A stretch of DNA of 64,000 bases, taken from the NCBI RefSeq assembly GCF_026210795.1, contig NC_089431.1, positions 868,001-932,000 on the forward strand, read 5' to 3'. The position numbers were made by a program, and so were the translations under genes. Below, piece by piece: positions 51,779 through 64,000 of this stretch; the first letter of the stretch is position 1, and every line of letters starts with the position of its first letter. This stretch comes from Rhizophagus irregularis (lineage: Eukaryota). Below the pieces are notes generated by a model. That model searched no databases. It was given only the letters and a program-made list of their open reading frames with translations, and was not told where the DNA came from.

Positions 51779-54013
51779 ATGAGTTTTAATATCGGAAAAA
51801 AATTTTCAAAAAAATTCCTTAAAAATATAGAAAAATCTCATCGTTCGGTGACTAACGAAGAAGACATATACTTTACATATTCTTCACCAAATACAGTTAA
51901 AAATATGTCTAACAGTAAACCCAATAATAACACTGTAACCAGTATCGATAAAGTATCTACGGACTGTCCTATGGAAGAAGTAATAGCTACCTCTTCAACT
52001 CATGACCTTTCTCACAGCGAAATTGAACTCACATCACGTGACTCTTTAAAAAATGATACTCACACGCAAACACCAATCAACGATAATTTGACTAATATGG
52101 AAGAAGATCCCTCAGAACCTAACCCAGATAAAGGAAAATCACCGGAATCACAAACAGCCACACAAACAAACTTGCCAAATGCGATTCCAATGACCGTGCT
52201 AACTGATATTTTTACACAAACATCACAAGCTTCTAACAAAGCACACAAAGGATTTATTCCCAGAGATAGTTTTAAACCTGAACTCTCTAACAACGAAATC
52301 ATTAACTTACTAAAAACGGCATTTATCCGTGACAGTAACGCCTTTAAATTTGAATCTAATACAACTTCCACATACAAATATTTCACTATATACTTTAGAA
52401 CACGTGACTCGCTTAACTACTACATAGAAAAGAGTCCCAACAACCTTAAACAAGTTAAAATATACGAATTAACCAATGAAGCTATCAACACATTACTGGA
52501 TAAAAAATTCGCTGATTTGGACTCAGCAGTCATAAAAATCATGGACATACCTTATAATTACGACACAACAATGCTTATCAAACACCTCGCTATTAAAACC
52601 GGCAGCAACATCATAGACCAAAAAGAGCTCAAAAAGCCACCAAGAAAATTACCTAACCGCAACAATCGCGGACGCCCAATTTTCATCAAACCTGCATACA
52701 AACAACTAATCGTACGCTTCGATAAACAATCTGCCTATGACTATTTCATGAAAGAAAACTATTGGAGCCTAGAAATAGAAAATTTCGTAGTAAGAATTTT
52801 ACCAGGCAATCAAAACGATCCCGAATTTCAAAAACGCACCAGTAAATATTTTAAAATTACTGGACTACCGCTTAACACCACTGCTACGGATCTTGATCCA
52901 CTTATCAAACACATTTATGGACGTACTTGTACGTTTACACAAACTACTCGATACTCAACCATGAAAAATGCCTACATATACGTTTCACCAGAGAATTATC
53001 CTGATAACGCAACGGGAGGTGCATCATCACAATTCGCTAACCACACCATCTTCATCATCCCAGGGCACATATCAGCCAAAACATGCAACACTTGTGGATC
53101 ACCGTTACACATTTCTCAAAACTGTGACGATAAGAACTTCAAAACAACAAGTGACAACCGTAAACTCTATAACAAAAGATTCATTGATAGAAAAGAAGAA
53201 AAAATCACAATCCACGAAAACACCAGAAATAGATACAACCACGTGATTTCCCTTAACTCCAACAAAAATTCAAATTCATCTCAAACAAATAACAAACGCT
53301 CATCACCACAAACAGATAACCGCTATAAAAAACTACAACCTAATAATTTACAATACCCCCGTCAAACAAGACACCCGTACAACAAAACACACAACATAAA
53401 TGATATTAACAACTGGGACGAACCCTCCATGTCTACCCCCATAACCTGCATCAAAAATACGTCAAATGATGAGACAGACAAAAGAATTACGGAACTTGAA
53501 AAACAAGTCCAAAGTCTCCTAAAAAATATTAAATCTTTACAAGAAAGTAAAATTACAACGGATAAATCGATCGCGGACATCCATCACAACACTAACCTAA
53601 TGAACACATCACTCACGAAAGTGAACATACGACTAGACAAATACGACACAATCATTGAACATCTCACCACTAACATCAATTTACTTAGCAAGAAAGAAAT
53701 TTCATCCACCCAAGAACGTCCTCGCAAAATATCCAAAAAAGCTACACCATATGATCAAACTTCATATAGATCAACCAAATCCAAATATAACCTTAGAAAT
53801 AACAAAGAATACAACAATTCAGCCGATGATAGTGAATTCGTTCCGGCAACAGAAGATGACACTGACATCCCTGATGACAATGCTATGTCGGATGGTGCCG
53901 TCTTTGAAGGCATAATTGACAAAACACTAGACGAACCCGTGAAAAATGACACTTTCACCGTTAAATCTTATAACCCATTGAACCTCCTCCCGAGCTTCAA
54001 CGCGACACGTTAA
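51779..54013 (+). CDS. LINE ORF1 (RRM-like regions, CCHC knuckle, coiled coil)
   Basis: CNTCGSPLHISQNC knuckle and C-terminal coiled coil; first ATG at 51779. Confidence 0.85.
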   Translation: MSFNIGKKFSKKFLKNIEKSHRSVTNEEDIYFTYSSPNTVKNMSNSKPNNNTVTSIDKVSTDCPMEEVIATSSTHDLSHSEIELTSRDSLKNDTHTQTPINDNLTNMEEDPSEPNPDKGKSPESQTATQTNLPNAIPMTVLTDIFTQTSQASNKAHKGFIPRDSFKPELSNNEIINLLKTAFIRDSNAFKFESNTTSTYKYFTIYFRTRDSLNYYIEKSPNNLKQVKIYELTNEAINTLLDKKFADLDSAVIKIMDIPYNYDTTMLIKHLAIKTGSNIIDQKELKKPPRKLPNRNNRGRPIFIKPAYKQLIVRFDKQSAYDYFMKENYWSLEIENFVVRILPGNQNDPEFQKRTSKYFKITGLPLNTTATDLDPLIKHIYGRTCTFTQTTRYSTMKNAYIYVSPENYPDNATGGASSQFANHTIFIIPGHISAKTCNTCGSPLHISQNCDDKNFKTTSDNRKLYNKRFIDRKEEKITIHENTRNRYNHVISLNSNKNSNSSQTNNKRSSPQTDNRYKKLQPNNLQYPRQTRHPYNKTHNINDINNWDEPSMSTPITCIKNTSNDETDKRITELEKQVQSLLKNIKSLQESKITTDKSIADIHHNTNLMNTSLTKVNIRLDKYDTIIEHLTTNINLLSKKEISSTQERPRKISKKATPYDQTSYRSTKSKYNLRNNKEYNNSADDSEFVPATEDDTDIPDDNAMSDGAVFEGIIDKTLDEPVKNDTFTVKSYNPLNLLPSFNATR

Positions 54014-54128
54014 TTGTTGAAAATAACTCCTCAACAAATATTTGGACTCACTTACGATTTCTCCCTTTTTTGATTTTAACGTTTAAATTGTTTTCTACAC
54101 ATTGTTTTTATTAAAATTATTTTTTTTT

Positions 54129-57100
54129 ATGGAATACACCAATTTTACTAACATGGTTGGCGTCGAAAACCAACCTTCATTTCAAGTACCTATTAATTCT
54201 TTACCTTCTTCTTCAAAAAATATAGAAAAAACACAAAAAAATTCAAATAATCAAAATACCAAAAACAGATATAACAATAACAATAACAACGACAACAGTC
54301 ACCACAGCTCAGGATCTACATCATATACTCCTGATGTAAACGACGTACCTAACGAAGAACATATTACTAATTTACACGTCGTTAACACCGATAATAATTA
54401 TTTTATAGATTACCTCAAAATTGGAACCATCAATATTCAAGGGGGCTACAAAACCAAATTAATTGATATTATCAATTATTTTGATACACATAACTTTAAC
54501 ATCCTCAACCTAACAGAAACACAATATTGCCACAAACATGAAAATAACAAATTAGTCGAAAGACATCCTCATCCGACTAATAAAAATTTATCTATTTACA
54601 TAATTTTAGACGCTAATGGAGATAACAGGGGCTCTGGCGTAGGTATAATGCTTACTAGTACTTTATACCAACACGTCCATCAAATTCGTTTTCACAAAGG
54701 TCGCGTCTTAAATATCGAATTGGGCTTTAAACGTGACTATAAATTGAACATTACATGCCTTTATCTACCTGCGGGAAGAGACAAACATACCAATATTATT
54801 AAAAAAGAGTGCAACCAATTCATTGACCAACTATTTAGAACACAAAATACTAATGACGATAATCACAAATTTTACAACCTTATTATGGGGGATCTCAATT
54901 GCTACCCAAAAGAAAAAAATAATCTTAATCACCATATAATTCAGATGGCAAAATTAAAAGGCTTCAAAGACATGGCAAAATTCCATGCAGAAAACCAAAC
55001 TCCAGATATAACTAGAACCACACACAGAATAGATTATATATTTGGCAATAATAACATTTTAAACGCATCAATTCATACTTTTGCACAAAAAATCCCACCA
55101 TCACATTTCACTAGCGATCATAAAGCAGTGATTACTTTATTACAAAACGACCTTTTCAAACGCTCTCGACATCATCAAGGTAACAGACGAAATGAGCAAA
55201 AAGAGAAACCAAACTATTCACTAATGAATGATGATTTATGGGAAAATTACAAATCTCATTCGAAAACATATTTTAAACATCGTTTTCAATACATCGATTT
55301 AGATAATATTTCGACACAAGATGAATTGGACCATATTTGGAATATATTTGAACATAGTTTACATAACATCAAAAAGTCAACTATTCCTCAAAAGAAAATA
55401 ACACCCCAAGAACACCATCATTTATACCCTTTACACATTCGCCAATTGAACCGACACGTGATTACTTTATATAAAACGAAACAATTCCTAAATTTAAAAC
55501 ACATTTATATCAGGAATAAAATAGAAATACCAACAGACAAATCTTTGCTTGTCTCATCTATTCCCGACTCAATGTGGACTTCATATTTTAAAAACTGGAA
55601 AGTTCATCGTGATCATATACAAAAAATAGCACACTCAATGGATCACGATATAATATTAAATAATTTTATCACACAAGAAGATTTCTTTGCACAGAGAACA
55701 GAAATCTACAAATTATATAACCATTTAAAACTAAAAAGAAATGATGAATTATCACAATGGAAAACTGAACGTATTGATTATTTTATTAATCAAAGAAATT
55801 TTGATTTATCAACTAATCAAACAAAAATGATTAATTCAATACTTCAAAGAAAACCTAGAAAAATTACATTGGATCGATTAATTTTCAAAGATAATAATAA
55901 TGATACCATATTTACTAATAATCCACAAATTATACAAAAAGAAGCTATTAAACATTATCAAAATATAGGTAAACATGATAATCAATCGACGTACCGCTCT
56001 ATTGACGATTTACCTCTACCGTGGCGTACGATATATGATCCGGCCAACCACCATTCCAATAGTGATTGTTGGGATACGCTTCAACAACAAATTGATATTT
56101 CCGATGTATTAGCCATCTTAAAAAATTCTCCTACGAATAAAGCACCTGGTCCTTCTCAAATTACTTATGAAGACTTGAAGCACCTATATAAAGATGTCTT
56201 GATATTACTTACCCAGATCTTCAACTTATGTATCCATTTAGATACGATACCCACAAAATGGTGTGATGCTCTGCTATTCCCAATACCGAAACCACATGAC
56301 TGGGATAGTAAACTTACGAATACAAGACCTATCACCCTTTTGGAAACGACGAGAAAATTGATGGTCTCCGTTTTCTCTCAAAGATTAAATCAATCATTAG
56401 CGAAATACAACATCTTACAATTCAACAATCGTGCGGGTGTTTTGGGACAATCTTGTTTAGAACCACTGTTCCAAATACAGCATTCGATCGAACACGCACG
56501 TATTTATAAGAAACCACTATGGATTGCCATACAAGATTTATCAAAGGCTTATGATAGAGTCGATATTACATTATTACGATTAGCTCTGCAACGTATTAAA
56601 ATTCCGGAAAAGATAATTACTTTTTTCATTAATTTATTTTCTAACCGATATAACTCCATCATCCTACCTAATGGAAACCTAGCATCATATAAGGTCCTAC
56701 AGGGTATAGACCAAGGCGAAGTTGTTTCACCGCTTTTATGGAACATATATTACGACCCCCTGTTTTATCACATTAATCAACAATCACATCTTGCTTACAA
56801 ATGTGATACTACGAAAATTAAAAATATTTATCACAAAGACTCTGACATTATTCATAATTTTGAATTATCTTTGGTCAGATACCTCGATGACACCACCTGG
56901 TTTAGTCCTTCTCTAGAAATACTCGAAACTAAATTAGATATCGCACACTCATTTTATGAATTAGCAAAAATTAAAGTGAACATCGACAAATACAAAATCC
57001 TCACCAACCAACGATTAGGTAATGATAGAAAAACTGTACAACTCACCATCAATGGACAAAACACAGATGTTAACATTGTTTCTAAATATAAAGGCACAAG

Positions 57101-60100
57101 AATCTTAGGATTATATATCAACCCTTTAGATAGACACCAACAAACATTACTCAAAGCGCGCTCGATCATCATGAACCACGTGATCACAATGCGCCACAAA
57201 AAAATTGCACATTCTCACGCAATCTATATTATTAACAAAGTCATCTTCCCTAAGTTGGAGTATCTCTTCCAGCACACCATCCTAAATTATGCCCAAGTAC
57301 AGAAATTAGTTGTACCTATTAAAAAATTATTCAAAAAATTTTTTTCTTTACCACTTAATACGGCAGACAATATCATTTATAATAACATGTATCCACATAT
57401 TGATAATTTGATGGATTTACTAGTCAAATCACAATTAAATGCACTATCGGCTCTATTCAATACTGATATCCTAAGACCTATAGCGATCCAAAAATTGGAT
57501 ATATTAACTCACGAACTTTGGTATCCAGGTATACCTCGCGACATCAATAAATACATTGGAAAAATTTCCTCACCGAGTTATTTATCAAAGAGTCTAGCTT
57601 TACTAGAACAATATCAAATTCATTTGGACCCTACTATCAGTTATGGCATCACAGGAGGACATATACCAATAGTGGAATATCTTCCAAACTTATCTTCTAA
57701 TGATTACAAATCTTTACGAAACAAAAGGATCATGTACCTCAATCAACTTGTGTCCACAGATGGTAATTACCTTCTGACCTGGAACGAAGTGAAACGTCTA
57801 AATAACAACAATTTTAAAGGACCTAAACCTAAATGGTTTAAACTATTAGAAAATGATTTCACCCTAAGTAATTATCGTACTTTAACACACCCGCTTAACG
57901 ATAATTACACAATTCCAGCACGCTTACAACAAATCCCTGATCAATCCCTGGGTAATCACAAAAAACGTAATGAATGGACATATCATTGGGACGCTAGAAT
58001 ACAAAATTGTATTATTGGAAAAACATATATACAAGATACTGACACGTGTAATTCTATTACTACCATGGAACACTATTTACCTTTTAATAATGCTTCAATA
58101 TTAAATAATGTTACCCCGCAATCACCACGCTCTTTACCTTTAATTTTAATTCCTTGTTCAGGTTGCCATCTTAATGACCACAGTTTAATTCTACAAGACG
58201 CTCGTATTAAATGTTCAATTTCTATTCGTACGAATCGTCTTTCAACCTTTAACATTTTTAACCGTTTAAATCAAGAACATAAAAGATTCAAAAATCTTCC
58301 CCTATCTAAATATTATGTCAGCACCAAACCCTTATATCAAATTAGACATAGCGCACACAGCATTTATTTAGCTCAACATAATGTCAACACAGTAACTACC
58401 ACTATTATAACACCAGAACTACCATCTTTGCACAACCAAAATCATGTTCTTCAACAATTGTCGTCAGTAATAGACTTTGCCCTGTTATGTGACGACAAAA
58501 TTAAATTAACTTTAATAGACATAGCTTCAAAATTTCTTTCTCATACTAACTTTCAATTTTATTCAGATGGTTCTGTTTCAGATATAGGTACAATTAACAG
58601 TAAATCCGGATTCGGTTGGGTACAAACGAATCCCTTCTACCACAAATTTCATTTTTGGGTTCTACAATTTTTTTTCCTTCTTCTTTTAAAAGCGAAAGCT
58701 TTGCTATTTTGACAATTTTACTAGTTTTACCTCCCAACGCCACATGTGAAATATTTACCGACTCACAAAATTGTATAGATACTTTTAATCAACGTTTAGG
58801 CTCACCTATCATAAGTCTACGACGCAGGCTTAAACAAAACAACTTTTTAATATGGGACCTTATAATGTGGTTAATATCACAACACTCCCTTATTATCCAA
58901 CTGAGAAAAGTTAAAGGACATAGTAACGATAAGGCTAATGATCAAGCAGATGCCCTGGCTAAACGAGGCAGATATTCGCCCGACCCTATCATCATCAATC
59001 ACAAATTTTTTTTCCGAACTTCCCTAGCGCTGTTCAATTACAACCATATCAACGTAATTGATCGAAATTTACGCAAGTGGAGCAATATACCTATCCAGTC
59101 TAGAATTTTTAACATGGCTATGAATAACAGTTCACTGTCACCTATTAATTATCAAATCACATATGGCGACATTGACTGGACTTACACCAAACAATGGATC
59201 AATTCTAATCCTTTTGACATGCCCACGTCGTCTAAATTATCATCTATTCAATCGAACAAATTGAAGAAATCTACTTTTACATATCCAACAGGCAATATTT
59301 TACAACGCAATTATCCTAATCTTTATCCTTTCGGGCGTATTAATTGCACGGAATGTTCGATAGACGAAGACACCAACGCACATATTGGCTTATGTCCATC
59401 TCATCGTCAATCCATAACATCACTCCTTACAAAATTCAAAAAAAAACTGATCAATCTTATCAGAAAAGAACGCACTAGCAATATATCTTTTGATATCGAA
59501 TCAAGGATTAATAATTCTAATATGTTCAAAGTTTTTCCAGACATCTTAGACGCTGCTCGTCTACCTGATTCTTCAGATCAAATACGTATTCCACGAGAAC
59601 AACCATGGATTTTACTATTACATCATCTTATCCCACGAGACTTAGCTGTATTTTTTGATAACTACTTCAGCAATGCGGCGGATAGGTCGCGTTTCCTGCT
59701 AGAGTATGTTTCCGCTTTTACCTCGGAATTGAGAACTATTACCTGGTCACCACGTTCCCGCTCATTTAAAAAGTGGGAAAAAAGTTTAGATATTACTTTA
59801 AAGAAAAAGAAAAATTATCGCAAACACACGACTACTGCTTCCGGTCGGGCGTCTTCATCGACCACTGCTTTATCTTCTACCGTTGCCCGTAAGCGACGAA
59901 GTCAATATACTCGTTACTATCACAACAAAGTGTTACCTTACTTCAAACAAACAGTCAATTTTGATGTGTCCGCGTGTATACGTTGGACGACCTGTAATTT
60001 TTTACATAGTGGTTCATGGGAATCTTATAGAGATAATCTCTTATTTAATTTAGATAATTTCTCCCCGGTACAATCCTTTTTAGATTCACTTAGACCGCGT

Positions 60101-60109
60101 AATACTTAG
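54129..60109 (+). CDS. LINE ORF2: APE endonuclease, reverse transcriptase, RNase H and Zn finger; 1-nt frameshift at ~58632
   Basis: APE motifs NIQG/ETQ/GDLN/RIDY/SDH. RT motifs KAPGP, RPITLL, DLSKAYD, QGEVVSP, YLDD. RNase H motifs YSDGS/E/TDSQ/VKGH/ADALAK. C-terminal CTEC...HIGLC. Confidence 0.92.
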
Positions 60110-61062
60110 TTCAAAAGCCTTTACTTTGGTTATTAGGGATGTGATGTCGTGTTAGGGACTCCCCCGGATTCGTCAAAAGTACCAGAGTGGCGCTGTCCTC
60201 GGGCGGTTTGATTATAGCTTAGTATCAGATAGCGTTCGACATTTGTATTATCTTTTGTTCTTGTCTATCTTTCTATAATCTTGTTCACGTGGTTTTAAAA
60301 AAAAAAAAAAAAAAAAAAAATGAATAAATAAATGAAATAAATTTCATCATAGACCGTCATTGTCTACATTTTTAAAATAAAATAAAAAATAAAAAAAATA
60401 TCAATATAATCTTGCCGTAATGTATAAAAATGAAGGTGTTGATAAAGACGATCTTCAGTAACGATTAGCAAATACTCATTAATTTATTTACGACGATCCT
60501 GCGTACTGATAAGGTTGTGGCGTAGTACTTTTATCTGTCAATAATTTATATATTTCTAAAAAATATTTAATTATACAACAATGATCGATCTTCTTTTAAG
60601 TATAATTATAATCCATAATCCATTTTCCAATTAAATAAATAGAATACTGTCACATTACGGCCTAAATATATGCTTTAAAACTTGGTGACTTACCACCTCC
60701 TTTACTTCATTACGTGTAAACATAAGAATGAATGTATGAACAAAAGAGACAGAAGGTAGGTCTCAAATTTGATAGTAAAAATTTCCGACAAATTCAGTAA
60801 AATTCATGGGTAAATATGCAGGAGAAAAACAACACAATGATGCAGAAATATATTTTTAGAACGGACAGTTTTATTTATGGATCTTCCCATAGCCACAAAT
60901 GATTAATTATAGAAAATATATAATAAAAAGTCTCATTAAATTAGTTTCATTACGAGCAGTCCTTTTGTTGCTTTTTAAAAAAAGCATTAATGATAAATTT
61001 GCCCTCTAAATTTAATTATATTAAATATTGTTTAAGAAGAATACGTACTTTTTAAAGGTTTA

Positions 61063-62807
61063 ATGTCTGGTTACGAGTTTTTCACTTCAGGTGCTCCAAG
61101 ACAAGCCGATGAATCAGCATGGAAATATCATTTACGAAAATTATTTACGACCAAATCTTTAGAAAGTTTTGAAATGGAAAAAGATACATCGGGTTTAAAA
61201 AGAACTTTGAGTGCATTCGATTTGATAATGATCGGTTTGGGGGGTATTATCGGCACTGGAATATTAATTATCACAGGTAAAAAATAAAACAGTGTTTTTT
61301 TTTGCTAAAAAACAAAAAACGATCAATTTAATTAATTTAATTAATTTCTAATTCTTTTTTTTAATTCCTTTTCTTATAGGACAAGCTGCAGCTACAAAAG
61401 CAGGACCAGCTGTAGTAATTTCATTTATAATTTCGGGAATTGCAGCTAGTTTCGCGGCATTATGTTATTCGGAGTTGTCGTCAATGATTCCGGTGGCCGG
61501 CTCTGCGTATACGTATGTTTATGCGACATTAGGTGAACTCGCCGCATGGATTATTGGCTGGAGTTTAATTTTAGAATACGCAGTTGGTGCTTCGACAATT
61601 GCTGTTGGATGGTCAGGATATTTCGTTAATTTTTTTGATCATTTTGGAATAAAACTTTCACCATCATGGACGAGTGCACCACTAGTTTTTGATCATTCTA
61701 CAGGATATTTACTACGAATCCCCGGTGCTTATATCAATTTACCGGCGTTTTTGTTAATTTTATTTCTTACAATTATATTGATATTGGGTATTAAGGAATC
61801 TGCAACTGTAAACAACATAGCCGTTACATTAAAAGTTTTTGTTATATTATTATTTGTTATAGTGGGAATAACTAAGATTAATCCAAAAAATTACGATCCT
61901 TTCATTCCTCAAAATGAGGGATCATTCTCAGAATTCGGCATAACTGGAATATTATCAGCTTCAAGTGTTGTATTTTTTGCTTATATTGGATTTGATTCTA
62001 TATCTACTGCTGCTCAAGAAGCTAAAAATCCACAAAGAGATTTACCTATTGGAATCATTGTGAGTTTAATCATCTGTACTATTTTATACGTGGCAGTTTG
62101 CGTTGTCTTAACAGGGATTGTTCATTATCCCGAGTTGAATGATCCAGCTCCCGTAACTGTTGCGATTAATGCGATGGGAATGAGTTGGTTAGGAGTTATT
62201 GTAGATTTTGGTGCTCTCGCTGGATTATTATCTGGTATACTTGTTTTTCTCATGGGACAAACACGTATTTTTTATGCAATGGCAAAGTAAGTTCTCATGT
62301 TACGTGACCTTTTTTTGCAATTTATAAACTCACATTCCTTAATCTTTTTCTTTTGAATTTTTTTTTATTTTTTTTAGGGATGGATTATTCTTCCCGACAA
62401 TTGCATCAAAGATTCATCCAAAGTATAAAACGCCGCACATTTCAACGGCTGTCACAGGAGTAATCTGTGCAATTATATCATCTCTTCTTCCGATAGGGGT
62501 ACTAGCAGAATTAACATCAGTTGGCACTTTATTAGCATTCCTTTTAGTAAATATTGGAGTTTTGGTATTAAGAATTACAGCTCCTAATGCACCAAGAAAA
62601 TTTAAAGTTCCGGGAGGACCTTATTTGATTCCTATTATAGGAGCTTTATTAGATTTATTATTATTGTTTACTGCTACTACTGCTAGTTTAATAAGATTAC
62701 TTGTTTGGATGTTAATCGGGTTGGTTATTTATTTCCTTTACGGTAGATCACATTCGGTCGCTAATAATAGTAATCAATATATGAAAAATAAAGAATTAAA
62801 TGGATGA
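61063..62807 (+). CDS. APC-superfamily amino-acid permease (CAT-like), 3 exons
   Basis: GIIGTGI, AGPAVVISF, PVAGSAYTY, FFAYIGFD, EAKNPQRDLP and RIFYAMAKDGL; introns at ~61278-61379 and ~62287-62378. Confidence 0.92.
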
Positions 62808-63132
62808 AATAGAAATATTTTTTAATTTATTTTAACATTATGTAATTCCATGTAATAATGAAATATCAAATAAATTTTATAACTGAGAATGATATTGAAA
62901 ACGGGAAAATGTTTTCGAATGAATTATGATGATACTCCAAAACGCGTAATTTAATGATTCATTTTATAATTACCTTATAATCTAAAATACAATCGTTTTT
63001 TAACAAATAAACAAAGTCAGTTCTAACCAAGAAATAATAAAATAAAAGTAGTTCTCAAATTATTACATAAAAAAAAAATATATATATATATTATTAATAT
63101 AATAAAACATTAAATATAAAAATTAATTAAAT

Positions 63133-64000
63133 TTATTTTTTCCAATCTACGCCATACCATCCTTCTTCGCCATTCTCCCAATCCCATTGTTCAAAAGTGC
63201 GATCCACGATCGGTTCTTCAACCCATTCTTCGCCCCAATATCTCAAATTCCAAAATGTAGGATATTTTCTATCTTCTTTATAAACATAATCAACCCGATT
63301 AATAATTGAACGTGCTTTTCTCAATCCTTCACTAGTTACTTGTGAAGGTGATGCATAACTAACATCTAAATGTTGTAAACTATCACCTAAATATTCAGTT
63401 ATAACGCAAAGGTGATTATCACTTATTAAATAACAATCTGGCATATGTAAACTTCTTAATCTAGCTTTACAGTTCTCTAACCCAATTGCAAGTTCGTTTG
63501 CGGAAAAATGCCAATCCGCATTAATTATTAAATGTTCTAAGGTAGGTGGAAGAGCGTGAAAGAAATTTTCTAATAAACTATCAATACGAAGAATGCTTCC
63601 AAAAATTTCTAACTTATTAAGATATCTACTAAAACTTAATAAAGTTAATAAATATGGTAGGTCAGGCCTTTGAACATCTAATGCCAAATCTACAAGGTTC
63701 GGACAATATTTTGTGATTAAATCGATTACTATATTTGGATTATACACATCTTTAATTTCTATTGGTCCTAAATATATTGTAGATAAAGTTGATCCTGCAT
63801 TTTTTATTAAAGCTGCTAAAACATCATCCCTAACAGTAGACTTTTTAAAATTAAGTTTTTCTAACCGATTTAATGAACTAGAAACAAATGGTTCCATTAT
63901 ATTCTCAAGACTTGAACATTCTTCGAATGTTAAAGTCACTAATTTTTTCGATTCTGCCAAAGGTGCTAATGTAACACATTCTATAAAATCTACCTTAAAG
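63133..64000 (-). CDS. LRR (RNI-like, probably F-box/LRR) protein, 5' part outside window
   Basis: YCPNLVDLAL, LPPTLEHLII, LRSLHMPDC and LQHLDVSY repeats; frame open to the window edge. Confidence 0.75.
   Translation of the reverse strand, partial: FKVDFIECVTLAPLAESKKLVTLTFEECSSLENIMEPFVSSSLNRLEKLNFKKSTVRDDVLAALIKNAGSTLSTIYLGPIEIKDVYNPNIVIDLITKYCPNLVDLALDVQRPDLPYLLTLLSFSRYLNKLEIFGSILRIDSLLENFFHALPPTLEHLIINADWHFSANELAIGLENCKARLRSLHMPDCYLISDNHLCVITEYLGDSLQHLDVSYASPSQVTSEGLRKARSIINRVDYVYKEDRKYPTFWNLRYWGEEWVEEPIVDRTFEQWDWENGEEGWYGVDWKK

Larger units (their letters stand above)
51645..60318 (+). mobile_element. Full-length LINE (non-LTR retrotransposon) with RNase H
   Basis: Two ORFs, a poly(A) tail from 60297, and a perfect 17-bp TSD aatgaataaataaatga (51628-51644 / 60319-60335). 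Confidence 0.95.

Noticed and set aside
60110..60296. GC-richer LINE 3' UTR as a possible ribozyme
   Set aside because: No hammerhead (CUGAUGA...GAAA) or HDV core could be identified by eye.

Overview
AT-rich eukaryotic DNA with short GT-AG introns. Gene content (F-box/LRR expansion, ALG12, EPL1) and composition suggest a fungus, most likely an arbuscular mycorrhizal Glomeromycota such as Rhizophagus (inference). Bases 1-~7.2 kb are the right part of a decayed Polinton/Maverick-like element (protein-primed PolB C-terminus, RVE integrase, subterminal repeats). Unusually, it also carries an opposite-strand Gag-like / retropepsin / zinc-finger cassette whose ORFs join at A10 runs. From 7.5 to 15.5 kb is a TE nest: a non-autonomous CACTA element with an internal double-palindrome array, MITEs, a Tc1 (DD34E) element and a Helitron-like element. 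Host genes follow: two paralogous membrane proteins, F-box/LRR genes, a frameshifted MFS transporter, ALG12 and EPL1. The main finding is at 40.8-51.3 kb, an intron-containing cluster of a CFA-type SAM methyltransferase, a DUF1365 protein and a COG2907-type FAD oxidoreductase. These are the same three families as bacterial UfaM/UfaO/UfaD of furan fatty-acid synthesis. A full-length RNase H-bearing LINE with a 17-bp TSD, an amino-acid permease and a partial LRR gene end the window. All family calls come from motif recognition by eye; no searches were run.
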